From an uncultured Nitrospiraceae bacterium (GTDB lineage Bacteria > Nitrospirota > Nitrospiria > Nitrospirales > Nitrospiraceae): a stretch of 64,000 nt of DNA. Positions 30,982-41,659 of the stretch are shown here, one piece after another. The stretch is taken from assembly GCA_963706325.1 (NCBI GenBank), contig CAVPLT010000002.1, positions 128,001 through 192,000 of the forward strand. The letters are read 5' to 3'. The notes below the pieces were generated by a model that made no database searches, was not told the DNA's origin, and saw only the letters and a list, made by a program, of their open reading frames with translations. A program made the translations under genes and the position numbers. Every line of letters starts with the position of its first letter. Within the stretch, counting starts at the first letter, position 1.

Positions 30982-32286
30982 TCACGAAACTGAAACATTT
31001 TTAGCTGTCTCTGGCTGAACGGTTGCGATGCGTGCTGACTCTTTCCGTATGGCCGACCATTTCCTCGCATATAAGCAGCACTCTCTGAACACGATGAACG
31101 AGATGATGGCGCCTGGGTAAAACCAGAATCCCCCAAACCGCGACGTGATGCCTCCACAAATCAAGGCCACAATCATGGAGGTGAAATCGGCTACCGGGCC
31201 GAGTGGCTCGAACACCTGCATATGTTTGGAATTAGTCATGAGGCCATCCTTGCGGATCACCTCCTGCTGCCAGGGGCGTTTCTCATACGGTTTCAGCCGA
31301 TCGGTTTGCGGAACGCCTGGCGCAGCCGTATCCTTCAGGACATTGTCGTCGCAGGCATCGATGCAGGCGTAGCATTTGATGCACTCGGTGTTAATCACCT
31401 TCCCATTAAAATGAAATATCTCCCGACTGACATCGATGCCTTGCGGGCAGGCATTACTACAGTCGCGGCAGCCGGTGCACTGGGCCACGCGTGTGATTTT
31501 TGTCTGTACCGGTGAGATGTTCATGAGCGGGACCATCATGGGAGCATAAGGACAGAGAATCCGACAAAATGCGCCCTGCCCATAGCGTAAGTTCAGTACG
31601 ATGCTCATGGTGAATTGAATGAACAGAGCCAGCCCGAATGCCAGCAGGTAATCATTCCACGTCGGCTTGATGTCAAAATTGAAGAACGCGGTCTTTGCGA
31701 ACGCCTTGCCCTCATAGCCAGGCAAGTCCGCAATGGGCACCGGCGCCATGACGTTTACCTTGGGGGAGAAGCCGACGTTGTGAATGAGGATGATGACTGG
31801 CAGCAGAAGTACAAATAGGGCGCCTATCCTCAAGAGCCAGCGATGAGGCGTGTTGACCAGCACGTTTTTTTCGCGCAGGTTCATATACTGGCGCACCTTC
31901 AACTTGCGTAGGATCCAATCCGCGAATTCGATCGCCCCGCGCATGTGACAGACCCAGCCGCAAAACCCACGTCCCCAAATCAAGATGGAGACTAAGATAA
32001 GGATGACCATGATCGCGGCCGCGTTGATGGTGCCTTTGGCGAGAGAGGGCACCCCCATCATCGCAGTCTTGCCCCAGATCTCAATGCCGAAGACGTGCCA
32101 CGAAATCAGATGGAATGCGATATAAGCGTGCACCGAAGCCAGGGCAATCATGCGATATGTGTGTCGTTTTGTTGGGGCCAGTGTGGAGGGGGGGTGAATC
32201 TTGCAGGAGCCGTGGGAATCCTCTTTGCGACTGTCTATAGTGATGAGCTGCAGTTGCGGAGTTTGTGCTGCGGCGACAGGCTTCAT
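30982..32286 (-). CDS. 4Fe-4S binding membrane protein (NapH/MauN-like)
   Basis: GRGFCGWVC, FCRILCP, CTGCRDCSNACP and CIKCYACIDAC, plus TM helices. Confidence 0.85.
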   Translation of the reverse strand: MKPVAAAQTPQLQLITIDSRKEDSHGSCKIHPPSTLAPTKRHTYRMIALASVHAYIAFHLISWHVFGIEIWGKTAMMGVPSLAKGTINAAAIMVILILVSILIWGRGFCGWVCHMRGAIEFADWILRKLKVRQYMNLREKNVLVNTPHRWLLRIGALFVLLLPVIILIHNVGFSPKVNVMAPVPIADLPGYEGKAFAKTAFFNFDIKPTWNDYLLAFGLALFIQFTMSIVLNLRYGQGAFCRILCPYAPMMVPLMNISPVQTKITRVAQCTGCRDCSNACPQGIDVSREIFHFNGKVINTECIKCYACIDACDDNVLKDTAAPGVPQTDRLKPYEKRPWQQEVIRKDGLMTNSKHMQVFEPLGPVADFTSMIVALICGGITSRFGGFWFYPGAIISFIVFRECCLYARKWSAIRKESARIATVQPETAKNVSVS

Positions 32287-33006
32287 ACATAGCCCCCCAT
32301 AGGTGGTGGATGTATTCCCACCTAACGCTGATATTTGCTATGGAACACCCTTCATGAAGAATAGTTGGGATTGTGAGGTTGTGCCATGCATCTAAAGGCG
32401 GAGGGTGACGAGATAAAGGTACTGGCTGGTCGGATGGGACCACATTATTTTACTCACCAGGAAGGGCAGCACGAACTGAGAAGCGTTGGGAGATGAGGTC
32501 GTCGCATTCAACCTTCATACTTCTTCTATTGGATAGATTAAGCGAGAGAGGAGAGCAATTTGTGAGCCATCCATCTCATTCCGCGCCACTCTTTATTTCT
32601 CAATAAACCACGAGATCCAGAGCATCGGAGGGCAGTCACGCGTTGAACCTTACAAACTGTTTGCCCAGCCACTCGACGATTTCGCACGGGGTGACTTGAG
32701 CGGGAACGCTCACTTAGAGGCGCTATTCGTCGTTGGGAGATGTTCGGAGCAGCCCTGACTGACCGTCGACGTGAGAGCAATGGCCTGCTGTCTTGGCTGC
32801 TGGTTGAGGAAGTAATTCAAGGGGACAACCCACAACTCCATCCTTCCCTCCTTGCCGGAGCCAAAAACACCTATCACCTTCCCGTAATCACCCCGACCTC
32901 GGTCTTCGTGGCCTGAGGAGCCAGTGAACAGCCAACAGCTTTCAAGACACTGGCTGACTGCACCGGTAGAAGCACGATGCACAGCGGGAAAGTCGAGAGA
33001 GTGAGG

Positions 33007-33288
33007 CTACAGCCGGCCGCGCTCTATTTCATGGAGGTAGATAAACCTGGGGGCTTTGACGCCGGCCGTTCGCCGGATCTCCACCAACTCCGGAGATTCA
33101 AAGAAGAGCCGGGCATTGTCCAACGAGGGCCACTCTGAGAAGTGAGCAATTGTATTGGCAGCCTGGTCATAGCGTAAAAGTTGGTACTTGATTTCTCCAG
33201 CTTGTTTTCTGATCCCTGCCGCGTGGTCGAACACGGATTTCCAGGCCGAATAGCTCTCGACTTCATGGATGATCAACACGTATGGCAT
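33007..33288 (-). CDS. Dimeric alpha/beta barrel (ABM-like) protein
   Basis: IIHEVESYSAWKSVFD...AGE...EWPSLDNARLFF...AGV pattern. Confidence 0.7.
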   Translation of the reverse strand: MPYVLIIHEVESYSAWKSVFDHAAGIRKQAGEIKYQLLRYDQAANTIAHFSEWPSLDNARLFFESPELVEIRRTAGVKAPRFIYLHEIERGRL

Positions 33289-33731
33289 GTAACTCTACCT
33301 TCTTGGTGAGCTTCACGAGGCTGCTACGGTTGACGGTTAAAAATCTCAAGCAATTTCAGCAATGTCATTGTGGCGACTCTACTGCACAATCATAGGCGGA
33401 TGCATATCTTATTGCCAAGTGTGGATGAACTTATTCAAGCAGCTTTTCTTGAAATTGGACCATCTTTATCTGGTAGGCCATTATGCGAAGCGGAGGGCAC
33501 AGACAAACGCGGGTTCACGTCCGACTTGGCAAGCATCCGCCGTCTTCCGTGGGCGGTCATCGAGGCATTCGAAGGGTCTCTCATTTCTGAAATTGTGATG
33601 CGCGCTAACGTCGGCTACGGGAAAGCGCAATGTGGCCTGCCTGGGCGTTCGGAGCTTCGGCAGATCGTCTTGGAAACAAGGGAGGGCTGGCAACACCGGG
33701 CCCTTGCGGCCTACATTCGATCATCAACGGA

Positions 33732-33848
33732 GCTGAAATTCAGCGATTGGAAGGCCCGGAAATGTTTTGCCGGCTCCGTACTGAGTACCATCTTCCCCGC
33801 GGGAAAAAGGAACTCGTGCGTAAGGTTGCACAGCTAAAAAAAACGTGA
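33732..33848 (+). pseudogene. 3' remnant of a homolog of the 57748..58011 gene
   Basis: AEIQRLEGPEMFCRLRTEYHLPRGKKELVRK aligns with AEIAQLKGAELFRRLQSDFHLPRGKNELVRK. Confidence 0.75.
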
Positions 33849-34015
33849 GGTGTCTGGTCTCAAGGTGCCGTACGCTTTCGTCTAGCTCACATCATCGACT
33901 CTGGGGGTGGCGGCACGTGGTGTCTGATCGGACACGCAGTCTCGACGGCAGCGCCCTCTCGTGACGAACCCTCAATGATTTGGAAACGTGTTTGTGCTGC
34001 GTGCATCGACCAGAA

Positions 34016-34473
34016 CTATTCTTCCTGCAGCCTGGAATCTCTCAAGATGTGGAGTGTCAATTGATCAGTATCGCCTTCGAAATACTTATGAAGGACATCT
34101 TGAAAAATGCTATGTCTGCCAGCAGTCTCCGTAAACAATGTCATGGATGATCTGAATTTAAAATTGTCGGGATAATTGAATATCTGTTCAACCGGACAAC
34201 CTTCCAGGCTCATGACAACTCCGGCGCATTCTCTGAGTCGTGAACCCAACAGCGGATGCTTCAGATATTCGTTGGCTTCTTCTAGAGATGTGATTGCGTA
34301 CTGCTCTGCCATGACACTGTCCCCTGGCCCCTGGCCCCTGGCCCTTTGATCTGGGGAAAGATGTACCACACCCAGTGGCCGCATTTTTTTCCGGCGCGTA
34401 GTTCCTCAAGGACCGATGCGTAGACTTTCGCTTGCGCTCCGATAAAGCGGTCCAGATTGTAGTGATCGTTCAT
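34016..34473 (-). pseudogene. DUF1810 family gene, frameshifted by a tandem repeat
   Basis: LDRFIGAQ..ELRAGKKCGHWVWYIFPQ in one frame and YAITSLEEA..HPLLGSRL..KFRSSMTLF in another. Confidence 0.85.
34321..34341. repeat. Heptamer tandem repeat (CCCCTGG)x3
   Basis: Directly visible; lies exactly at the DUF1810 frameshift. Confidence 0.9.
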
Positions 34474-34572
34474 TGGTTCGCCGCTCACATCGAGGTCGAG
34501 TTGTAACGCGCAGAGTGAGGAGACCCTCCACGCGGGGAGATAGGTTCTAATTACCAGAAGGTAGCCACCCGA

Positions 34573-35159
34573 TCATCCCACGCGTCGCAGCACGCGCACC
34601 CGTTCCCGGCCCTCGCGTCCTGGAAATGCCACGTCCGGAACGTAATCCTCCAGGATCTCATAGCCCTCCGCAAAGAGCGCCGTCAAAGCCTCTAGCTGCA
34701 TGGAAATGGCGGTCCCTCATTGCCTAGATCGAGTGCAGGATTACTGTACCAGACCCCGATCAGCAAGCCCCCAGGCCGTAGCGCCAGATCGACGCCACGC
34801 CGGTAGTCCGCGCGCAATGCCGGAGGCAGAGCGCACATGCAGTGTGTTCCAGCACCACGTCATAGGCGCCACGCATCTCTGGCGGCGGATCAAACAGGCA
34901 TCCTGTCACAAAGCGCTCCGCCAGATGGGGATACGCCACTCGCGCCTCGGCCGTTCCCGTCGGCGCGATGTCCAGTCCGGTCGCATCCAGGCCGTGCTCG
35001 ACCGCCAGCGCTACTTCATGTCCGCGGCCGGGCACCAGCGCGCGTCCGTGTAACGGATGATGTGCCAGATACTGCTTCATCGCCGGTGCCGGAGCGCCTT
35101 ATCCCAGCGGGGCTCGCCCATTTTGTACCACTCATCCAGTCCACGTGTTCCTTACCCAT
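34573..35159 (-). pseudogene. Thiopurine S-methyltransferase-like pseudogene
   Basis: Fragments GRALVPG-RGHE, TGLDIAP, YDVVLEHT and FPGREGRE in shifting frames. Confidence 0.7.
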
Positions 35160-35598
35160 TCGGTCGGGCCTTACGGGCCTTGTTAGCATTGTGCTCAGCG
35201 ATGTTTCAACTGGGAGGAGAGGGACTGTGTGGTGATGCGGATGAATGGTAAAGAAAAGAAGGAATGCAGGCCGATACTGGGCATGTGCGAGGTGTGTAGT
35301 TTCTTGTGACGGCGATAGCCCTCCGAGTTGTCTGAATGCCCTTTGGAAGCTGATGGAAAACATCATTTATGCCGGTTTCACATCCCATCAAGCTTCTTGC
35401 TCCATGGGCTAATTGGGTGGTGGTATCGGGTCGTCAACCCGGTTTCTAAAGGTTCTGTTGGTTGTTGAGTCGTCACCATGCCACAATGACCATGGCCCTT
35501 CTTGATTCCATTGGTTAGGGGATAATCGAAAATCTCAGGATTCCCACGTGCTGCGGACCAGCTAAATATGCGAGTGCCTGTATGGAGGTGCATTGCTT

Positions 35599-36153
35599 GT
35601 GACCACCCAGTATTACACCGCGTCAACTCTTGATGGATTTATCGCGACTCTCGACGACTCTCTCGACTGGCTGTTTCCCCTTGGTGATATTAACGAGACG
35701 GGGTATCCGTCGTTCATCAAAGAGGTGGGTGCCTTGGCCATGGGGTCCTCCACCTATGAGTGGATGTTGCGCAACGTCATCCATATGGATGGGCGAGAGG
35801 CGGTCGCCTGGCCGTATTCCCAGCCCACCTGGGTGTTCTCAAGTCGTCGCCTTCCCCTCGTAGAAGGGGCGGAGATCCGATTTGTGGAGGGGGACGTTCG
35901 CCCCGTTCATGCTCAGATGAAGGAAGCGGCGTGTGACAAGAACATCTGGCTAATCGGCGGGGGCGAATTGGTCGGACAGTTTTATGACGCCGAACTCCTC
36001 GACGAAGTGATTGTGCAAATTGGCTCTGTCACCCTCGGATCGGGTAAGCCGCTTCTGCCCCGCAGAATTACATCGCCCTCCCTCGTCCTTGAGTCGGCCC
36101 GCGCGATTGGTCCCGGTTTCGCGGAGCTGAGATACCGTGTCCCGCGCGGGTAA
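35599..36153 (+). CDS. Dihydrofolate reductase / RibD C-terminal family protein
   Basis: ASTLDGFIA, MGSSTYEW, NIWLIGGGEL, LGSGKPL. Confidence 0.9.
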   Translation: MTTQYYTASTLDGFIATLDDSLDWLFPLGDINETGYPSFIKEVGALAMGSSTYEWMLRNVIHMDGREAVAWPYSQPTWVFSSRRLPLVEGAEIRFVEGDVRPVHAQMKEAACDKNIWLIGGGELVGQFYDAELLDEVIVQIGSVTLGSGKPLLPRRITSPSLVLESARAIGPGFAELRYRVPRG

Positions 36154-36304
36154 GGTCTGGTCGTCATTCGCTTGCGGGCGCGAGCGATTCTTTGAAGGTG
36201 GACCTCTCGCGCCTTAAAAACACGATATGGCTTGCTGGTCGAACCGCTACACCGTACGCACCAGGTGCGGGTCGGATCACGAACGTTCCCTGAAAGAAGC
36301 ACGA

Positions 36305-37747
36305 TTAATGGGTTACTGAAGATGTGTCGGAGGAAATGGTGTCGTCCGAAGGGATGTCACGAATCTGAATCGAGTCGACCCGTTGCTGGGCCAGGACATC
36401 CGAGATAATCACGACCTTATCTGCAACTTTGAATTCCTCGCGGTCCTTCAGAATTCGGAACGCTGTCTGCAGTGTTCTTTCAGGATCCGAACTGAAATCG
36501 ATTTTGAAGGGGAGGACGCCGCGATTGAGCAGCATGGTTCGTCGCGGTTGGCTCATGTTGGTAAAGGCATAGATGTTGGTAGAGAACGGACGGCAGTTGG
36601 CGACGAGATCGGCCATGAGTCCCCGTCTGGTGATCACGACGATACCTTTGGCCTTGACCCCCTCGGCGAGCTGAACGGCCGCCGCTGCCAATTGCTGCTT
36701 ATTCTCCGTGTTGCGCAGGTGCTTTGAAAACTGCAATCCGGGTATCGTTTCGGATTTCAGCGCAATCCGGCGGAGAAATTCGACACACTTCACGGGATAC
36801 TTCCCCACCGTGGTTTCACCGGACAGCATGACGGCATCGGCTTCCTCATAGATCGCGTTGGCGACGTCGGTGACCTCGGCGCGGGTGGGATGCGGATTGT
36901 GGATCATGGATTCGAGCAGATGTGTCGCGACGATCACGCGCTTGCCGTACTCAGCACAGAGTCGGACGATCGTGCGTTGGACATTCGGCAGATCTTCCAG
37001 GTTGATCTCCACACCCAGGTCTCCACGAGCAACCATGATGCCGTCCGATTCCTTGATGATGGCTTCCAGGTTCCGAACTCCTTCCTGGTCCTCGATCTTC
37101 GCGACAATCTTCACCCTTCCGACCTTCTCGCCCATCAGGGTCTTGAGTTGCTGGATATCCTCGGCCTCGCGCACGAATGAGAGGGCAATGAAGTCCACAT
37201 CCCGTTCCAGCCCGAATAGGATATCCTTGGTGTCCTTATGTGTGATCGCCGGGAGATTGACACGGACCCCCGGGAGATTCACGTGGCGCTTGCTCTTCAA
37301 GAGCCCGCCGTCCAAGACACGACAGCGCATGTGGCGTTCGTGCTTCTCCAGCACCTCGAAATTGATCAGCCCGTTGTCCACGGTGATCCTGTCCCCAACG
37401 TCGACCGCATCAAGCAAGTCCGCATAGTTGATCTGGATGGAGCTCTCTTCAACGTCCATCGGTCCGCGCGTGGTGACGGACACGATGTCGCCCTGCCGCA
37501 GATCAAGCTCGTTGGAGAGGTCTCCAGTGCGGATCTCCGGGCCTTGCGTGTCCAGAAGGATGGGGATGGGAAACTTCACCTTCCGGTTGAGTGTCTTGAT
37601 GTGCTGGATGACCTTGGCGTGGGACTCGTGATCGCCGTGGGACATGTTCAGCCGAGCGATGCTCATGCCGGCCTCGTAGAGCTTTTGCAGCATCTCGTAG
37701 GATTCCGTGGCGGGGCCGATCGTGCAGATGATGCGGGTCTTTTGCAT
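36305..37747 (-). CDS. pyk: Pyruvate kinase
   Basis: TRIICTIGPA, RLNMSHG, DTQGPEIRTG, MVARGDLG, DAVMLSGET. Confidence 0.97.
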   Translation of the reverse strand: MQKTRIICTIGPATESYEMLQKLYEAGMSIARLNMSHGDHESHAKVIQHIKTLNRKVKFPIPILLDTQGPEIRTGDLSNELDLRQGDIVSVTTRGPMDVEESSIQINYADLLDAVDVGDRITVDNGLINFEVLEKHERHMRCRVLDGGLLKSKRHVNLPGVRVNLPAITHKDTKDILFGLERDVDFIALSFVREAEDIQQLKTLMGEKVGRVKIVAKIEDQEGVRNLEAIIKESDGIMVARGDLGVEINLEDLPNVQRTIVRLCAEYGKRVIVATHLLESMIHNPHPTRAEVTDVANAIYEEADAVMLSGETTVGKYPVKCVEFLRRIALKSETIPGLQFSKHLRNTENKQQLAAAAVQLAEGVKAKGIVVITRRGLMADLVANCRPFSTNIYAFTNMSQPRRTMLLNRGVLPFKIDFSSDPERTLQTAFRILKDREEFKVADKVVIISDVLAQQRVDSIQIRDIPSDDTISSDTSSVTH

Positions 37748-38063
37748 AAAACTCCTTGGGGTCAATGACCGAGCCCTGCTAGCGGAGGTGTTACCTCCAG
37801 ACTGATGTCGATTTCGTGCGGAGGGATCTGTAAATCCAGGTCATTCTACTTGGTCTCGTCGACCTCGTCTATTGCGGCGTAAGAGGCCGACGTGATTGGT
37901 GTCGCGGGAAGTGCTGTGCGATATCCCCTTTCACAGAGGCCTCTCATCGGCGTAGCAGTCGGAGAGGTTTCAAACAGGAGTCGTCCACACGACGGTTCAG
38001 GAGGTGATAGCTAAGGTCCAGCAGTAACTTGGAGCCAGAGGCACGGACGATCTTGCACCGAAG

Positions 38064-38170
38064 TGTTCTGATCAGTAAGTCTCTCGGACGATCATCGACG
38101 GTGCTCATGCATCCGAAGCATTCCTGAGCAGATTCAGAATAACCTGCTGAAGTTGTACACCGTCGCCGCT
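38064..38170 (-). pseudogene. Histidine kinase ATPase-domain (N-box) fragment
   Basis: Reads SGDGVQLQQVILNLLRNASDA then, after a frameshift, MSTVDDRPRDLLIRT. Confidence 0.7.
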
Positions 38171-38568
38171 GATAACACGAGGTCAATGGCAGGTTCCATA
38201 ATTTCCTTTCTCAGTTCGCCGACTGGAGTTTTTGAGCACAGGTAGACAAAATTCAGACGCAGCAGATTATTGAGGAGAGAGTCAATCAGGGTACGAACGA
38301 TCTGGGCTGGCTCGCTGCCACTCCATATTGCAGGTAGAGCGAGAAGGCTGACCAGAGCGGGAATGCAAGGCTGACGGTCGCGACGCCCATTGCGTTTGCA
38401 ACCTTGACTTCATGAGGTATCTCTCCTAGGTTCTTCCGACAGTCAGGCTGGCCGGCCACGTACAGCGCCTACAATCTTTAAGCTTACAGAGGGGTGCTAT
38501 GGCTATCGTCACGTTAACCAGTGCTACACAAGAACGCAGCGAGCAATTCTTATAGAAAGGACCGCACC

Positions 38569-38928
38569 ATGAGTCTTCATACCATTGCCAGCCAGTTTGT
38601 GGAGTTGTGCAACCAGGGCAAGAACTTCGACGTTATGCATATGATGTACGCCCCCGACATCGTTTCCATTGAACCCAACGGCGAGGAAACTGCCGGCAAG
38701 CCACCGGTCATCGAGAAATCCGAACGCTTTCAAGCCCAAAACCCCATCTCCAGCGAGAAGGTTCGCGGTCCATTCTTGAATGGCTCTGACCAATTCGCGG
38801 TCCACTTCACCTTCGAAATCACCCCCAAAGCCACTGGCCAGCGGATCACTGTTGAAGAGGTGGGCGTCTACACGGTCAAGGATAGCAAGATCACGCGCGA
38901 GCAGTTTTTCAACGAAGGCCCGCGGTAA
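38569..38928 (+). CDS. SnoaL-like / NTF2 family protein
   Basis: YAPDIVSIEP, EEVGVYTVKDSKITREQFF. Confidence 0.85.
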   Translation: MSLHTIASQFVELCNQGKNFDVMHMMYAPDIVSIEPNGEETAGKPPVIEKSERFQAQNPISSEKVRGPFLNGSDQFAVHFTFEITPKATGQRITVEEVGVYTVKDSKITREQFFNEGPR

Positions 38929-39278
38929 CCGTATAGGCGGTTACAGACGTTGCAGTAGCCGTGCCGATCACTCTCCTCGTCGACGAGCGCGCTGATGAAG
39001 TGCATCTGTTCTATCATTCGATGGCGAGCTTCCGCGCTTCGTACGGAAGTGTGCCGGTTCACGCTGTTGCCGGAGATCTCGACGCGAGGATCGAGTCCCT
39101 TCTCGAGACGGCCGCGTGGTGACAGAGGGGGCATGAGGCAACACTGAACCACGTCCCGGTACCCAAGACGAGTGTCCTAGAAATGGTCGAACCGTTACCT
39201 GGGGTATGACTTACGCAGAGCTGACAGAACCGGTGAGTAGTTGGATAGGTACGCCTAACATTTCCAAGGAGGGTTGAT

Positions 39279-39809
39279 ATGTATCACAAGATCGGTGTCG
39301 CAATCGTGATTCTCGGCAGCATATGGGTCGGCAACAGTCATGCGGGTGAAGGGACGGTTCCCTCGCCGGAGGTTGCCAAGAGTGTCGGTCAGGCCCTGTT
39401 AAAAGCCTATACGTTTGAGCCTGTCCAGCCGAATCCGCCTAACCATCTGTGGCTTGACGAAGGGCACGGCCGGGTGCAGTTCCTCATGTTCGACAAGCCT
39501 GTCAGCGATCCCACTGCGACAGTGCAATGGGTAGGCCAAGGGGTCAAAGGCCGGTTTTGTGCTGAATCGCAGCCTGAATGTGGGAAGACAGGCTTTACGC
39601 ATTTTCATCGGACCAAAACTCCCGCTACCGGTGATACGTCCATGCATGGGGCGAAAGGCGAGGAAGGCTACTGGCTGAAGCATGTTGCAGTTGCCGAATT
39701 TGATGTGGAGCACAAAGGGGAACATGCAGGTCATGGAGGAGGAAAAACGCACTACAAACCAGGTGAGGTAGAGGATCAACCCCAGCCGACGACACCCAAG
39801 TGCGAGTAA
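39279..39809 (+). CDS. Secreted His-rich hypothetical protein
   Basis: AAGGAGG RBS, signal peptide ending SHA, motifs NHLW, GFTHFH, GYWLKH. Confidence 0.75.
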   Translation: MYHKIGVAIVILGSIWVGNSHAGEGTVPSPEVAKSVGQALLKAYTFEPVQPNPPNHLWLDEGHGRVQFLMFDKPVSDPTATVQWVGQGVKGRFCAESQPECGKTGFTHFHRTKTPATGDTSMHGAKGEEGYWLKHVAVAEFDVEHKGEHAGHGGGKTHYKPGEVEDQPQPTTPKCE

Positions 39810-39974
39810 CTGGTCGGTGTCAGGCCTTCTGGTTCGTGAACCGCGCCAACTGAGTACAAAGGTTCTTATCGAGTTTCGACTGAGATGGTGGCGATTCAAC
39901 AAGCAATCGTATTGTCTTTCCTCAAGGCTTATGTCTGAGAACACCCCATCCCACAGAATCCCAAGGAGGCCAAC

Positions 39975-40991
39975 ATGCCGCAGATGACCGCCGTTCAGCT
40001 TCGCTCACCCGGCGCCCCATTCGAAGTCGTCACACGAGAGATCCCGGCGCCTGGATCCAACCAGATACGCATCAAAGTACAGGCCTGCGGAGTCTGTCAT
40101 AGCGACCTGTTTGTCAAGGAGGGATATTGGCCTGGCCTGCAATACCCGCGCGTCACAGGGCATGAGGTGGCCGGAGTGGTCGATGAAGTTGGCGCAGGTG
40201 TGACGGCATGGAAAAAGGGCCAGCGTGTGGGTGTGGGCTGGCACGGTGGCCATTGTGGTCAATGCGAGCCATGCCGCCGTGGCGACTTCATGGGTTGTAA
40301 GTACTTCCAAGTGACCGGATTTCAGGAAGACGGCGGATACGCTCAGTACATGATCGCGAGGAGCGAAGCCGTGGCGGCGATTCCGGATGCGATTTCGCCG
40401 GTCGAAGCGGCCCCCCTTTTGTGCGCAGGCGTGACGACATTTAACAGTCTGCGGAAGAGTGGGGCAGTCGCAGGTGATCTCGTGGCTGTGCAAGGCCTGG
40501 GCGGACTCGGTCATCTTGGGATTCAGTTCGCGAGCAAAATGGGTTTTCACACGGTGGCGATTGGCCGAGGCAAAGACAAGGAGCCGCTTGCGCGGAAGCT
40601 CGGAGCCGCCCGATATCTGGATACCGATGCCGTCGACGCTGCGAAAGAATTGACAAGCTTGGGCGGCGCGGCGGTCATTCTCGCCACCGCTCCGGACAGC
40701 AAGGCCATGTCGGCGCTCATCGACGGTCTCGGGGTTGGAGGACAACTGCTGGTGGTCGGGGCATCAGCCGATCCCATTCACGTCACTCCCATTCAGCTCA
40801 TCGGCAGCCGCCGGTCTATTCAAGGCTGGCCATCAGGCACTGCCAGAGATTCCGAAGACACGCTGAACTTCTGCGCCCTCACGGGGATTCGCCCCATGAT
40901 CGAGACGTTGCCGCTTGAACAGGCCGCTGCCGGTTATGAGCGCATGTTGAGTGGCAAGGCGCGGTTTCGTGTGGTGCTCACCATGAACTAA
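39975..40991 (+). CDS. Zinc-dependent alcohol dehydrogenase
   Basis: CGVCHSD, GHE, CGQCEPCRRG, GLGGLGH. Confidence 0.95.
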   Translation: MPQMTAVQLRSPGAPFEVVTREIPAPGSNQIRIKVQACGVCHSDLFVKEGYWPGLQYPRVTGHEVAGVVDEVGAGVTAWKKGQRVGVGWHGGHCGQCEPCRRGDFMGCKYFQVTGFQEDGGYAQYMIARSEAVAAIPDAISPVEAAPLLCAGVTTFNSLRKSGAVAGDLVAVQGLGGLGHLGIQFASKMGFHTVAIGRGKDKEPLARKLGAARYLDTDAVDAAKELTSLGGAAVILATAPDSKAMSALIDGLGVGGQLLVVGASADPIHVTPIQLIGSRRSIQGWPSGTARDSEDTLNFCALTGIRPMIETLPLEQAAAGYERMLSGKARFRVVLTMN

Positions 40992-41067
40992 ACCGAACGT
41001 TGTCTGACCACGACAAGCTGAATCTACAGGCAGCGCGGCTTGGATAAATAGGAGGGGAGACCACACC

Positions 41068-41623
41068 ATGCGTCAATTCATCAAAGTGCGCGCTCACATA
41101 TGTCTGTGGTCATGTGTCTTGATCCTGCTCTTCAGCGTGGTTGGTCGTTCTCTGCCGTCCGTCGCGGTGGCGCAAGAGATCACCGTATCTGACCAGACCT
41201 TCGGATGCATCCTGGACTGGCCGAAGGTCCGCAATACGCGTTTCAAGCATTCTGATCCGGAGAAGTTGAAGGAGGCGATGCGGATTCTTCGGGACAGCGT
41301 GCCGGACAAGGAGTATCCGGTGGGTACTATCCTCCAGCTTATTCCGTTTGAAGCCATGGTGAAACATCCGCGGGAAAAGTTTCCCGAACACGAACGGCTG
41401 GGAGTTTTTCTTTCTGGATGTCTCCAAGGAAGGGACCAAGATCGCCGATCGAGGCGAGCAAGTGGTGAATCGTTCTCAAGGGGTCACGTGCTTAAGTTGT
41501 CATCAACCGGCCGCGAGATTTGACTTCGTCTGCGAAAAGGGGCACGGCTGCGCTCCTATCCCGTTCGATGATCAAAAGATTGCCGAGATCCAGAAGTCCG
41601 ACCTTCGCTGTACGAAGAAGTAG
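41068..41623 (+). pseudogene. Secreted c-type cytochrome (P460/c'-beta-like), one frameshift
   Basis: Signal peptide and YPVGTILQ..MVK; after a +1 shift near 41381-41386 it continues NTNGWEFF...CLSCH...FDFVC to TAG at 41621-41623. Confidence 0.7.
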
Positions 41624-41659
41624 GCGGGCACGCAAACGGATGGAGATTTTTTCAAATAC

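Noticed and set aside
30700..33620. Scattered CTAAC/GTTAG motifs as integron attC sites
   Set aside because: No paired R and L boxes with proper spacing could be established, and no integrase is present.
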